DNA from: Lama glama
Taxonomy: Eukaryota
DNA: 64,000 bases
Direction of reading: 5' to 3'
NCBI GenBank assembly: GCA_028534125.1
Contig: CM052816.1
Span: 98,458,001-98,522,000, forward strand
In this document: piece by piece, positions 51,060 to 64,000 of the stretch
How the letters are laid out: the number at the start of each line of letters is the position of its first letter
Position numbering within the stretch: position 1 is the stretch's first letter
Translations under genes and position numbers: made by a program
Notes under the pieces: generated by a model
The model's input: only the letters and a program-made list of their open reading frames with translations
The model's database searches: none
Told to the model about the DNA's origin: nothing

Positions 51060-53220
51060 GTAATCCAACTGTATGGTGTTTATAAGAGAAGCAACTGAAT
51101 CTACAGACACAGAAAGTGCGAAAGTAAAAAGACAGAGAAGTGTGAACAGGCTGATGCTACCCCAAAGAGACCTGGGGACTCTTATCAATGGCAGTCAAGA
51201 CGGACTTTAAGTCAAAAAACATTTTAGACAAGAAGAGTCACTACAAAAAGATACCAAAAAAATCAGTTCAACAAAAGCATTTAACAATGGAAAACTTCTG
51301 TGAAGCTTTCAAATGCCTAGGTATTTGAAGTAAACGTTTATAGATATACAGGAAGAAAATGAAAATCTGCTCTCATGGTGTGATCATTCAACAGACCTTT
51401 TGCAATTATTATTGGATCAAAAAGGGAAAATTGTTAAATAAGATTTGAGCAACACAGCTGTGGTGCTTAATTGCTCATCACCTTCACTGCCTGGGCTGAG
51501 GGACCCCGAGAGCTGGCAAAACATTATTTCTGGGTGTGTCTGTGAGGGTGTCTATGGAAGAGGTTAGCATTTGATTCATCAGACACAGTAAAGAAAGTCC
51601 ATCCTTACTAACAGGGTGAGAGCTGGAATAGAGCAAATTCTCTCTGCTCTTCACCTGGGATGTCCATCTTCTCCCATCTTCTCCTGCCCTTGGACATCCC
51701 AGCTCCTGGTTCTTGGGCCTTTGGATTCAGGGACTTATACCATCAGCTCCCCTGGTCTTCAGGCCTTTGGGAGTCAGACTGGACTACGCCACTGGCTTTC
51801 CTGGGGCTCCAACTTGCAGATGACAGACCATGGGACTTCTCAGTCTCCATATAACAGCATGAGCCAAATCCGAAATAAATCTCCTCTTATATAAATCAAT
51901 GTGCTTCCCACTGTCCTGCTCCTCTGGAAAACCCTGACTAATGTGACAATTAACCAGCATGTCTGAATAGACTCTGTAGAATTCTGCACCCAAGAATTAA
52001 AGAATCACATTGATCTCAAATACACACAAGATTCTTACAAAACTTGGCCATGCTGGAGGACATAAAGCAAGTGTCAACAGAGTTCAAATCATTTGTATTG
52101 TACAGATTGTATTGTGTGACCAGGATGCAATTAAGCTAGAGGCCAGTAAGACAAAGAGAAAAAATCAAAGGCCTCTACCTACCTGAAAGATAAAGACCCA
52201 CTTGTACACTACTCACGGGTCAGAGGTGAACTATAAGGACTGTTTGGAAATACTCACAGATGTATGATAATGAAAATACTACATTAAAACTGGTGAGAAG
52301 CAAACAAGGTAACACTTACAGGGAAGATTTTAATCCCACCCTCTTTTATTAAAAAGAAGGGACTCTGAATACTAATGAGTTAAAGATGCAACTTAAAAAG
52401 TAGAAAGTAAATCACTGAATAGACACAAATAAAGTGAATGTGAGGAAAGAAGAAAGAAGGAAGCAGAAGTCGATTAAATAACCATCAACAGAGAAGATAC
52501 AGCCAAAAACTGGTTTCCGAAAAGGTTAAAAAACAGACAAACTTCTAGTAGTTGATCCAGAAAATAGGAGGGGAGGCAAACAAAGGACTATTAAAAACTG
52601 ACGTGGACACAAATACAGACACAACACAGCTTAAATAAAGCACAGGTTGACACCAACAAACTTGAAAACTTAAACAAAACGGAGAAATTCTAGAAAAACA
52701 TGACTTGGCAAAACTAAATCTAGAAAATGTCTGAATAGCGTTAGAAACACCAAACAAACTGAAGCAGTAGTTACGTCTTCCCACAGAGAGAATTCTAGGC
52801 TAACGCGTTGTCGGCAAGATCTACCGAACTTTTTCTCTTAAGCAAATTCTCCCAGAGCAGAGGAAGGAAAAATACTCCCAACCATTCAAGGAGATCAGTG
52901 TACCTTGGTATTCAAGCCAAAACAGGAACAGAACGTGAAGAGGAAGCAAACACAAAAAGAAAAACATCACAGGCCAAACTCACACGAGAACCGTGCTCCA
53001 ATGGCCTTTAAATACAGTATGAGCAAGCTGAACCCAGCAGTATATTTAAAAGCGATGATCCGTATGTGTACAAGCCACTTACTACAGGAACTGAAGGAGG
53101 ATTTGACATTAAAAAGGCAACTGATGTTGTTCGCAGTGTTAACAGGTTAAAGGGGAAGCCTAATGATTTTCCTAACCTATTGAGAAAATCATTCCATTTT
53201 CTTACAAGAGCAGTACATAG
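51060..53220 (+). mobile_element. Decayed old L1 ORF2 5' portion (endonuclease to RT), split by an MLT2 LTR
   Basis: A-rich L1 sense motifs: gactttaagtcaaaaaac, gaattctgcacccaa, ggacataaagcaagtgtcaac, aaaactggtttccgaaaag, gaaattctagaaaaaca, actcccaaccattcaagg. Confidence 0.75.
51459..51945 (+). mobile_element. MLT2 (ERVL) solo LTR nested in L1
   Basis: tgtggtgcttaatt..gctggcaaaacattatttctgggtgtgtctgtgagggtgt..gggacttctcag..gagccaaatcc..ctctggaaaaccctgactaat. L1 sequence resumes on both sides. Confidence 0.88.
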
Positions 53221-54089
53221 CAATTCACCTTTTTTACCCATGTTTTTAAGGTCCTGTTAGATTTAATACATAAGCAAGTATTTTGAGAACTGGGTAAGGA
53301 CTATGCAAACTCCAAACCCCTTTGTGTTTATACGTTGTTGACTTACAATATTTGAAGAAACGCAGTGCCTGGTGTGAGCAGATAATTAAATCGGATTGAT
53401 TCTCTGTCTTTGAGACACAGGTGCTCTGGGATGGGTGCCAAGGAGCCCAGCCCTGAGCTGGCCTGTGTCCTGCCACCCACCCAGTCATTGCACCCCTAGA
53501 CCCCTGCAACCGACCTGTGACCTGCACCCCCTGCCCTGCGTGTACTTGCACACCGACACCATCGGTGCCCCTGCCCTGCCCGCTTCTGCCAGCATGCCCT
53601 TCAGTTCCTGCCAGCAGCCGGAATGAATGGGGTCACAGCTTCCTACGACACTCTGCCTCACTCTCACCTGTGACGAGGATGCTGACTCTGCAATTAAAGC
53701 CTCTCCGCGCCGCCGTCCTGTCCCAGGACAAATGGGAGAAACCCCACCTCCCCACCCAGGGCGCCACTCAGGAGAGACCCCCGCTCTCCGGAAACACTGG
53801 GAGCTTCCTCTGCCGGACCTCTCACAGCGAGACACTGCTGGAACACCGAGGGTGTGGCTTATCGGACAAAGCAACACCCCGGCCAGGACTGGCAGTGGTC
53901 CCCGAGGCACACGCTGTCCCAACAGAAGGCCAGAAACTGTTTTTCAAGCAGGTAATGGCAGTTGACCCAAAACTCCAGGTATCTAAACTGTGACGTTCAC
54001 GTGGAGGATCCCGCGTATCTCTCTGCCCCCATCTCTGCCAACAACGTGGGGTCGGCCTGCTCACCCCGTCCTGGAGGCCAGATGGCTCT

Positions 54090-54380
54090 CAGCAGGGACC
54101 ACTGCCCACTTTTCCTCCACGCCCTGCTGGGAGGAGAACTGCTGGGAAAAGACAGACAGTAAAACAGCAAATAAGCAAAATATGTAAAATATCTGATGGT
54201 ATTAAGTTCTGTGGAGGAAAATGATGAACAAGGTAGCAGGGTAGAGGGGGCTGGGACAGGAGTGGCAATTTTAGCCCAGGTGAGGGCACAAGGAAGGCCT
54301 GACTGAGCGAAGCTGGGAGGGGAAGAACAGGCCGTGGCCGTTGGGGAAGAAAGAATATTCTCCGGGTGTTTGCAAGGATT
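54090..54380 (-). mobile_element. L2 fragment
   Basis: gggaaaagacagacagtaaaacagcaaataag..gatggtattaagttctgtggaggaaaat..gaaggcctgactgag. Confidence 0.55.
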
Positions 54381-55224
54381 CCCGGACGGACTAGCTCCAT
54401 CAGTCTGTGACGGCCGGGGGCAGCGCGCTGGCCCCCCAGCATCTCTTCGCATCCTCTGCCCGCAGCTCTGGGCCACCTGTGAGCCTGTATTTTTTCTTAC
54501 AGCCCAACAAGTTTCAAGTTTTCACTCCAACTTGATGTAAGATGTGGATTTTATATAATAACAAACCAACGTTGTTCCACTTTTCTTCTTCCCTAGAAAA
54601 GTGTAAATCCTCAATGAAAGTATTTTAAATTCAAATGCGTTTAAAAGAAGGGACTTTCTCTAAAAGCCTTGCGTTCTTCCAAGCAGCGTCCTAGGAATAG
54701 TCATGATGATCAGGTAACTTACCTGTGCCTTCTTTAAATAATGGGAAGTTTTTCTTTGCAAGGTTCCTCTGCATTCAACAGTTGCTCCAGACACAAAGAA
54801 GCTATAGATAAAATAGAGAAAGAGAAAATCTGAAAGACACATGTGGACTGGAAAATGGCACGAAGACTCTGCAGAGCAAAGACGCAGTGCAGGGCCAGGG
54901 CCAGGGCTGCTGGACTGGAGTCTGGAAGCAGCGTGCGGAGACTGACATCCAGCTCCTGCAGAATAAAGGAAACTAAAGCTGCTGCTGCGGATGGGCACTC
55001 CTTCTAGTCAGCGTGGGCCCCAAAATGCGGGCGAGCAGAGACGTGGCCTTGAGACTGAGTTGCGCCGTCTGGCCTCTGGCTGAAGGGCTGGTCTGCACGA
55101 CCCCTGGTATCACCAGGGAAGGGCCTTCCAAGTGCGACTGCACATCTGATTCTACTCTAGGGGCCAAGGGTGCTAAGTGGAAGCAACCCTCAAATCTGTG
55201 GTGAAAGGAGAATTGAATACAGAC

Positions 55225-55405
55225 TGAGAGAGGGAAGGAGTCAGGGAGAGGAAGCGGGTGGGGGTGAGACAGAGAGACACAGAGACAGACAGACAGACAG
55301 ATAGAGACAGAGGGAGGAGGAGGAGGAGGAAGGGAAATACAGGAGGTGGGGAGGGGAGGTTGAGGAGGAGACAGATGAGAAGGGTTGGGGAGAGGATGGA
55401 GAGAA
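55225..55405. repeat. Purine-rich low-complexity (GACA)n/(GGA)n tract
   Basis: Read directly from the sequence. Confidence 0.8.
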
Positions 55406-55486
55406 CTCATAACTAGCCTAAACCTTCCACTCTAAACATTGCTAACCAAAATATCAGAACACGTGAAAAAATACACTGCTAAGAAA

Positions 55487-55986
55487 NNNNNNNNNNNNNN
55501 NNNNNNNNNNNNNNNNNNNNNNNNNNNNNNNNNNNNNNNNNNNNNNNNNNNNNNNNNNNNNNNNNNNNNNNNNNNNNNNNNNNNNNNNNNNNNNNNNNNN
55601 NNNNNNNNNNNNNNNNNNNNNNNNNNNNNNNNNNNNNNNNNNNNNNNNNNNNNNNNNNNNNNNNNNNNNNNNNNNNNNNNNNNNNNNNNNNNNNNNNNNN
55701 NNNNNNNNNNNNNNNNNNNNNNNNNNNNNNNNNNNNNNNNNNNNNNNNNNNNNNNNNNNNNNNNNNNNNNNNNNNNNNNNNNNNNNNNNNNNNNNNNNNN
55801 NNNNNNNNNNNNNNNNNNNNNNNNNNNNNNNNNNNNNNNNNNNNNNNNNNNNNNNNNNNNNNNNNNNNNNNNNNNNNNNNNNNNNNNNNNNNNNNNNNNN
55901 NNNNNNNNNNNNNNNNNNNNNNNNNNNNNNNNNNNNNNNNNNNNNNNNNNNNNNNNNNNNNNNNNNNNNNNNNNNNNNNNNNNNNN
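55487..55986. other. Assembly gap (500 N)
   Basis: Exactly 500 N. Confidence 0.99.
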
Positions 55987-58900
55987 GCATTTTAAATGAG
56001 GAGACGGAGCCTAAGAAAGTCACGTGTCTCATAAGCAGTAACCAGAGCCAGCATCCCACGGTGGGACCTCTGATTAAAAGGTATTCTCTCTCTACAAGAC
56101 GTTGAGCCCAGGAGGATGCAAGACACCTTTTAACGAACGCTGAGTTTGCTGAATCGTCTTGGCTCTTGGTCTGCCGTAATCACTTTCTGTTGAAATAGCA
56201 ATAACTAATTAGGGCTTATGGATTCCCCCCGTGTGCCTGACTTACAGTGAGGCGGGACGCCTGGCTGAGTGGGTCATCTACGAGGAAGGAAGAGGGGAAG
56301 GACGGCAGGGTCAGTGAGCAGAAGGGAACGAGGTCAGTCTACCAGGAGCGGACTGCTGACGCCAGCTCCGTCCGGGCAGAGAAAACAAGAGGGAGGAAAT
56401 GTGCGTTTAAGCACAGGATTGAGTGTAGCCAGGAAGACAGGGGGGTAACCAAACAGACATGAGGGTCTGAAGCAGAGCTGACCCCTGCTTTTCCACCCCC
56501 CGAGGCCCTATTAACAGGGCTTCTGGCCACGAGCAGCTCCTGTTCTCAGCCCGTTCACGCCGCGCCCCCCTCACAGCAAGCTTGTGAAGTCGGGGTCATC
56601 ACACAGTGCTGGGAACCGTGTCGCAGACGTGGGTCCTGACTCACGAGGGAACCCCACGGCTCCCTAGGGGCCAGGAGACTAAAGCCTTCAGCCCCGCAGG
56701 GAGCAGAAGTTCCTGTCCTTCCGAGTCACCTGCTGGCTCACACAGTCTGCCTGGAGGGGTTCCTGGATTCTGCAGTGTGACCAGCCCTGCCACAGGCTCC
56801 TGACCTTCCACTGGCAATGATGTTGGGTTCACCCTTTGCACAAGAAACCCTCCCTAGAGAGAACCCTCGCACATCTGTCCTTGCATGTTTCGGGCACTGC
56901 CCTGCTGACCACAGCCATCAGGCACCCCGCAGGGGGTCAGGACGAGGTCCTGCACCTACGATGTCTCATATCTGCGTCCCCCACCCCGACCGGCGGCAGC
57001 TCCTTGGGCCCCATTCACGGCGCCTGAGAGCAGCCCTCACCCTCTGCTGATGGTCAGCTCTCCTCCCAACACCTGATTTAGGGACCATGTCCGTGGGACC
57101 TTCAGTGAGGAGTACCTTCCACTCCTCCTTCAGGCTCCTTGTTCAATGACCTGTCTCAGCGCCCACGGTGTGCCCCGTCCTCATGATGACTTGTGGGCAG
57201 GCAGAAGGTCCACCCAAGGCTGCTCCGGCTTCGTTCCTCACCCACCGCAGGTGACACCTGTCCCTCTTATTGCTGTGTTCAAGGCAGAAGAGACCATCTT
57301 GTCTGGGGGGCCCCGTGACCTCCGGCTCTGGAAAGCCCCGGCCCAGCCTCTGCTCAGTAGCCTCACACATTCTGAATCTGAGGACCTTCCTGCACAAAGA
57401 GCTTACGGGTCGGAATCTGGCTGTTACTTTCTTACATCGTGGCCAGTGAATTACCGTCCTGTCTTCTCTGCGCCTTGTTTTATGAATTTATTTATTTTTG
57501 TTTGGAATGATGTTATAGTGAATTAATTATAATCTGCTGTAATCTTTTTATAAAATAGAAGAAATAAGTGATAACCTGAAGAATATACAGAAAATGCCTT
57601 TTATTCATCCTTGGAAGGGTTCATTAGATGTTTAGTTTCTGGCTGTTAAGAAAGGTTTCCTCATCCAATGAAGACATTAACATAATCTCATTACGTTGAT
57701 TGCTCCCAGGGAGACACTGACGGCAGAAGAAAACCTCTGCAGCAGATGCCGGCTAACAGGAGTCGCTGTCGAGGGAAGAAACATAAACGCCTCCATCGCT
57801 GTTCCGGGGGCGGGAGCAGCTCCGACAGGCTGGTAGCTGCTCCCCCCAGAGCCAAGTGCTGGGAGAGTGCGTGGTGGCTACGTGCCAATCCCTTTTGGCC
57901 CTCTGATCTCTCGCTCTCTATAGATTACCTTCACGGCGTCTTTGCAAAATCAGTCCCTGCATGACTGAGAGCATGGTTTCTGTTGCCTGGGAAGGGCTGC
58001 CTCTTACTTTGCACCTGATTTTAAACGGCTAGCCTGGGATCTTCTTGTCCAACTGTGAGCCAAAGTAATGGGCGGCAGGGGAGTGGGAGATAGAGCTGGA
58101 AGTGCGGGGGTGTCCTTGGGCAAAGGAGGCCAAGGTCCCAGGTGGTCTCCCCAGCCGGACCCCCTAAAGAGCATCGTGATGCTGGGACATAAAAGCTGTC
58201 AAGCAGCTGCATCACGTCTCCTGTCTGGTGTGATGGGGACCCTGGGAGGAATTAATGAGACAGTGTTTGTGTGACAGCAGTTCCCTCCACGGCCCAGGAC
58301 TGTGCGAGTTAAGACAGAAGCGCTGGACGCTGCTGCCGGCTGTTTACTGGGCATCCCTCGTGCTCTGCGCAGTGTGTGCTGTCGCCCTAACAGACGCGCC
58401 ATGTGCTGACCTCCCAGAACATCAAGGAGAGCTCTGCCCGTATCTTCCATCTTAATGAGACACCATTTGCACAAGATCAATGAGTTCTGCTGCACAGACA
58501 CAATACCAGGATACATCAAATAACCTTCCTCTGGTGGGTGGGTCCGTAAACAGCTAACGTCTGTGTTCTGAGAAGCGCTGACGGGCTGTAGTCTTCTTGC
58601 CTGTTCTGTGCTTGTCCCCGGCTCTGCACCAAAGTGAGCGGCTGCAAGAAAGGAGAGAGACAGACAGAGCTCTGGCCCCGCTGTTCTGCTCAACACACCC
58701 GGGCCATCATGGTCAAATGCATTCACAGCTTCTAAAAGAGCCCCATCCCCTCTCCTATCCTTTCGCCAGAACACTCCTCCATTATATAGAAAATCAGGAG
58801 CCGCCACTGGGTAAAGACTTTATCGGTAATTGGTTTATTGATTTATTGATTACTGGGCTCTCCAGACGTTTGGGGAGCAGGGAGGAAAGTGAATGTCTGA

Positions 58901-59839
58901 TGAAGTTACCAGGAAACCCCTTCAGTGTGAAATGAAAAGATGGCTAAGTGGTCCGGGAACCCGGGAAGACAGAGTCGGGATTAGGAGAATCCATAAACAC
59001 GCTGAGTCACGCCCCAGTGCGAGGTGCCTGTTGGGCGGAGGCCCCGTGTCACGCAGACTCCGTTCTCTGTGCTCCCTAAGTCACGAGCGCTGACATCTTT
59101 GGGGGAAGGAGGATCAGAAACTCCGGGCAGGGGCTTATAAACTCCACGCCCTAATTTTTTCAACTGGAGCACATGCTCATATCCCCACCCACAGAAACTA
59201 ATTTACAAGTCAGCAGGTCCTGCTGATGGAAGCCAGACAGAACTCCGGGCAGCACAGGTCCGCTGATGCAGTGCCCGCTCCCTGCGGTCTCACGCCGCAG
59301 CGGGTGGAGACGGCACCTAGCTGCCGAGGGCTTTCTCAAGGTCAGTGCCACGCTGGGTGCTGTGTCTCACGCTCACCCCCTGGAGACACAGATGCAGGGC
59401 GCATGCTCACCAGCCCTGTAATGAAGGTCTTGAACTGGACCCTGTGATGCTAAAAACCAAATAAACTCTCCCACGTTGCCATTACACTGATGGGCAGGCA
59501 GGTGCTCAGGCAAGGTTGTTTGCTCCCCCTGAGAACAAGAACCACAGTTCCTTTGTCTGTTGTGAGCGTTTGTTCTCCGTCTCATTTTCTGCATTGACTT
59601 GTGCATCTTACATTCTGGAATCAACTCCTTGTTCTTATAATTAGACATCAAGACACCATCTTTCTCCAAGGTTGTATTTCCACTGAACTGCTCAGCTCAG
59701 GTCTCCGTATAAATGCCGTGTTCTGTGTATTAAGTTTATTTTCTCCCTGAGGGAGACTTTTATGGTTCTCTCTGATTAGAAGGAAATACACACTCATTAT
59801 GAAAACATTTTGAAGAATACAGACAAAGTATAAAGAAAA

Positions 59840-60042
59840 TAACACACACACAATGCACTCATGGTTGCATTCCCACACATGTTCTTACACACAACACACA
59901 CTCCCATGCACACAAGCACTCACATATCCACTTAGACACACGTATATGCTCACACCTGTGCACAATCACACCCATTACAGTGATACCCAGTGACGCACGG
60001 ACACATCCACACACACACACATGCACACACACACAGGCACAC
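59840..60042. repeat. Degenerate CA-rich simple repeat
   Basis: Interrupted (CA)n runs. Confidence 0.75.
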
Positions 60043-60193
60043 TCAGGGGATCATGCCATGATTTTGTTTGGATGTTCTCTTTTCACCCATTATTATATAA
60101 CAAAATTTTCCCATGTCAAAAAACATACAGGCATCTTTATTTTTAATAGTAGCATAGCATCTTATTTTATGGCTAAACCAAAGCTGATTTATT

Positions 60194-60964
60194 AGTATGT
60201 ACTACTTTTTTTAAACATTTTTTATTGATTTATAATCATTTTACAATGTTGTGTCAAATTCCAGTGTTCAGCACAATTTTTCAGTCACACATGAACATAT
60301 ATACATTCATTGTCACATGTTTTTCTCTGTGAGCTACCATAAGATCTTGTGTATATTCCCCTGTGCTATACAGTAAAATCTTGTTTATCTACTCTACAAT
60401 TTTGAAATCCCATCTATCCCTTCCCACCCTCCGCCCCCTTGGCAACCACAAGTTTGTGTTCTATGTCTATGAGTCTATTTCTGTTTTGTATTTATGCTTT
60501 TTTTGTTGTTGTTGTTGTTTTTGGTTTTGGTTTTTAGGTTCCAGATATGAGCGATCTCATATGTGGAGAAAGGGGAACCCTCCTACACTGCTGGTGGGAA
60601 TGCAGTTCGGTGCAGCCACTATGGAAAACAGTGTGGAGATTCCTCAAAAGACTAGGAATAGACTTACCATGTGACCCAGGAATCCCACTCCTGGGCTTAT
60701 ATCCAGAAGGAACCCTAGTTCAAAATGACACCTGCACCCCAATGTTCATAGCAGCACTATTTACAATAGCCAAGACATGGAAACAGCCTAAATGTCCATC
60801 AACAGATGACTGGATAAAGAAGAGGTGGTATATTTATACAATGGAATACTACTCAGCCATAAAAACTGACAACATAACGCCATTTGCAGCAACATGGATG
60901 CTACTGGAGAATGTCATTCTAAGTGAAGTAAGCCAGAAAGAGAAAGAAGTATGTACTACTTTTT
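60194..60964. mobile_element. Young camelid L1 insertion with a twin-priming 5' inversion and a 17-bp TSD
   Basis: TSD agtatgtactacttttt at 60194-60210 and 60948-60964. The 3' UTR is on minus (~60211-60563). The ORF2 C-terminus is on plus and open (ORF 60547..60966: [48 protein letters not shown]..). Confidence 0.97.
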
Positions 60965-61149
60965 GAAGAGAGATTTTTCTTTAATATTGACTTTTATAAG
61001 CAAAGTTTTAATATCATCCCTGTAATGTGAACTTGGTTTTATTTTCATCAAGAACAATTCCATTAGGAAAAAGAAGACCAATGGGAAATTACAGTTTAAA
61101 ACTTAAAAAACACAAACACATACAAAAACATGTACATATTTGTAGCCAA

Positions 61150-61178
61150 ATATATATATACATATATAATACCAAATA

Positions 61179-61211
<33 letters not shown>

Positions 61212-61212
61212 T
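61150..61212. repeat. (TA)n/(TG)n microsatellite
   Basis: Read directly from the sequence. Confidence 0.85.
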
Positions 61213-61619
61213 TGGCTATAAATACATGTATATAGCCAAAATGGTATCCAGCCACACCCCCCTGAGCACTGTGTGAGAATGCCTCTTTCCTCATGCGCTC
61301 TTAGTAGTGGGGCTCACCTACCTGGTGCCAAGCTGAGATGGAGAAAATGGGTTTCACTGGTGTGTACATTGTATTTACTTAAACATTATTGAGATGGAAC
61401 ACTTTTCTCTTTGCCTTTGGCCATTTGTATTTCAACTTTTCCAGAAGGACCATTTATGAACGTTGCTACTTTTTTTGTCTCTTTTTGTGGCTAAACATGT
61501 CTTCACAAGTCCTAAAAATCTTTTCGACAAGAAGGATATTAACACTGTTCCTCTGAAATAGTGGTGTGTCACAAACACATCCCCTGGTTTTTCATTCATT
61601 TTCCAGTTTGTTTATGGCG

Positions 61620-63350
61620 AGACTTCTGCTCTCAGCCTAGATAAAGTCACAGGGACTGGGTTTACTCTCTAGCCCAAGGGGACAAAAAACTGACACAATG
61701 TATCAAATAATGGTTTTAAAACACTGGACATGAGGCGACAAAGGGCAGAGACATCTAAGAGACAGAAAGGTGAGCCCTATGATGTCTCAGCTTACCGTCC
61801 AGAGAAGGCGCTGAGGCGGCAGCACAGGGAGGGGACCAGGCAGAATCCACGAGGAAGAGAGAGATGTGAGTTCAAGTAAACCAGGTGGTTGGAGTTCCTG
61901 AGACAGAGGGTCAGCTCAGTCCAGGGAACAGTGCTCAGCCTGTGTGTGTGAGGAAACTGCCAGAAAGAGGGGTGAAGGATCCAGTAGGGCTGGGGAGAAC
62001 AGCACCCGGTCTCTAGCTGGCGGGGCATAGTTCCTCTTCCCAGCCAGAGAGGAAAATCTCATCGTCCGTGGAACATCCACAGAGCGCTAAGAAGAGCCAT
62101 GGCTAAGTACTGGGGGGAAGCTAACGCTAGACTAAACACTGTTCTGATCTCACCCAAGTCAGCTTTGAAGTGATTTCTGAAAGGACCACTCTGTCCCTGG
62201 CTACCTTTACTTTCTCCAAGAATACAGATCAAAATACATATAGGAATACAAAAACATCCAACATCCCAGGTAAAATTCTCATTTGGTAATCAATCAAAAC
62301 CCACCATGCCTACAGAGAAGTAGGAAAATACAAATCTCCATGAGGAGAAAAGTCAGTTAGTCAAAAATGGCACAGGTAGAGTCAAAAGAGGTGTCTGGCT
62401 GTATACCATGTGTTCAAGAGCCTACAGGAATGATTAAGCATGTTACGTTGAGACACAGAAGTCATTGAAACCACCCAAGTCAAACTTCTAGAGGTGTAAA
62501 TGACTATCAATTATATAAAAAATATAACAGGTGGTGTTAATAAAAGATTAGACATTACAGAAGAAAAAATAGAGAAAAGAGAGAAAAATGATTAAAAAAT
62601 GAAATTCAGGGGGAAAGGAGAATTTTAGAAGAAATGGATGGTGGGACAACTTCAAATAATCAAACAGACATCTGACTAGGGTCTCCAGAGAAGGGGAGAG
62701 ATGGGGGTGGGGGGAAAGAAAAGCCATTGGAAGTGCTACTGGCCAAAACTTCTCCAAATTTGATGAAAACTACAAACCCACAGTTCCAAGAAGTAAATCT
62801 TAAAAGCAGCCAGAGAAAAAAAGGCACTTTAGTTACTGAAGAACAAAGAAGAGGATGACAGTAGATTTCCTATCAGAAACAATGTAAGCTAGATAACAGG
62901 GGAGAAACAGCTTTAAAGCACTAGGGGAAATTGTCAACTTAGAAGTCTTTACTCCCTGAAAGTACGTTTCAAAAATTATGAAGACATAGGACTTTCTCAA
63001 GATATACAAAAACTGAAAGAATTCATCACAAGAAAATTTGCACTACAAGAAATGTTAAAGACGTCCTTCAAGCAAAGGAAAGATGATACTGGATGGTAGC
63101 CCAGAACCATGCGAATGAAAGAGGGTGTCAGGTCATTACCTGAGAAAGTATCAAGAATTCTTTCCTTTTTGTTGGTTACATCTCTAAAAAGATAAGTAAT
63201 TATGTAAAAGAAAAATAACTGCAGTGTCTCCTGGGGGTTATACCATATGTAGAAGAAAAACATATGCACCAGCACAGATTCCAGGAGAGGAAACACGGAG
63301 GCGCACAGACCCTCGCAAGGCAGGCAGCGTGGGATTATCCGAAGGTAGAC
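61620..63350 (+). mobile_element. Old L1 5' region and ORF1 remnant
   Basis: agattagacattacagaagaaaaaat, gtgggacaacttcaa, tcttaaaagcagccagagaaaaa (LKAAREK), gatttcctatcagaaacaatg (DF.SETM), ctgaaagaattcatcac..gcactacaagaaatgttaaag. Confidence 0.8.
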
Positions 63351-63359
63351 TGTATGTGG

Positions 63360-64000
63360 GTTAATTTCCTTCTTCTTTTCTTTCTTGATTTTGATCAGTC
63401 AAGTATTTTGTTATGTTTTTCCTCTAATTTTTGTTAGTTACATATTATTTTATTATTCCTTGAGTAGTTACCCAAAAGGTAAAATATGCATGCCTGACTT
63501 ATATACAATTTAATTTAAATTATTATTTTCACTAATTTCCTGATAATGATAAGAGTTCAGAGCTCCATTCATTTTTCTGACATTTAGTGTTACTGTTGTC
63601 ACATGTTTCAATCATAAATATATTTTAAGTCCCATCAGATACTATAGTTTAACACCATCAATATTCATTCATATTTACGCACATAATTTACTCTTTCCAG
63701 TCTTCTGCATTTGTTTCTGTTCCTTTAGGTTTCTGTCTGTGATGAATATCCTTCTCTGTGAACAACTTCCTTAGAACTTCTCTTAATGAAGATCTGCTGG
63801 TAATTATTTCTCTTCATTTTGTTCCTCTGAACATACGTTGATTTTGCCTCATTTGTGAAGGGTGTGATCTCTTGGTAGCCAATTCTAGGCTGGCAATTTT
63901 TTTTTCAGCCCTTTGAAAATATAGATGCAATTCCATTGTCTTCTGGCTTCAACTGTTCTTGTCAAAAGTCAGTGTCTAGTTTTACTGTTGCTCCTTTGAA
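63360..64000 (-). mobile_element. Old L1 ORF1 3' end/inter-ORF fragment, runs off the window
   Basis: T-rich antisense L1: gatctgctggtaattatttctctt.., aattctaggctggc, ttccattgtcttctggcttcaactgtt (reverse complement of TVEARRQW). Confidence 0.7.

Noticed and set aside
58199..58807. 202-aa minus-strand ORF
   Set aside because: Non-ATG start (GTG), no recognisable domain, and GC-rich DNA yields such ORFs by chance.
60547..60966. 139-aa ORF as a host gene
   Set aside because: It is the L1 ORF2 C-terminus inside a truncated, inverted insertion.

Overview
This is repeat-rich mammalian genomic DNA, most likely camelid (camel/alpaca/llama). The assignment rests on a Vic-type tRNA-derived SINE at ~40.0-40.2 kb and several copies of a young camelid-type L1 3' UTR. 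I recognise no protein-coding gene, RNA gene or CRISPR-type system, so the window looks intergenic or deep intronic. It contains a decayed ERV-L pol (RT connection/RNase H/integrase) remnant, many MaLR, ERVL and ERV1 solo LTRs, and old and young L1 fragments, three of them with twin-priming 5' inversions. It also contains L2/MIR and hAT fossils, microsatellites, two fixed 500-N scaffold gaps and orphan CpG islets at ~11.5-12.5 kb and ~15.6 kb. The most unusual structure is a ~260-bp, ~90%-identical inverted duplication of apparently non-TE sequence (46533-46791 / 47083-47345). Its second arm is bounded by a 12-bp direct repeat and junction microhomologies, consistent with a templated insertion that could form a long RNA or DNA hairpin. 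A CpG-rich 91-aa small ORF (TATA-like box, Kozak ATG, AATAAA, BH3-like octamer) is a weaker candidate. Repeat family names are from memory of consensus sequences, and boundaries are approximate unless target-site duplications (TSDs) are cited.
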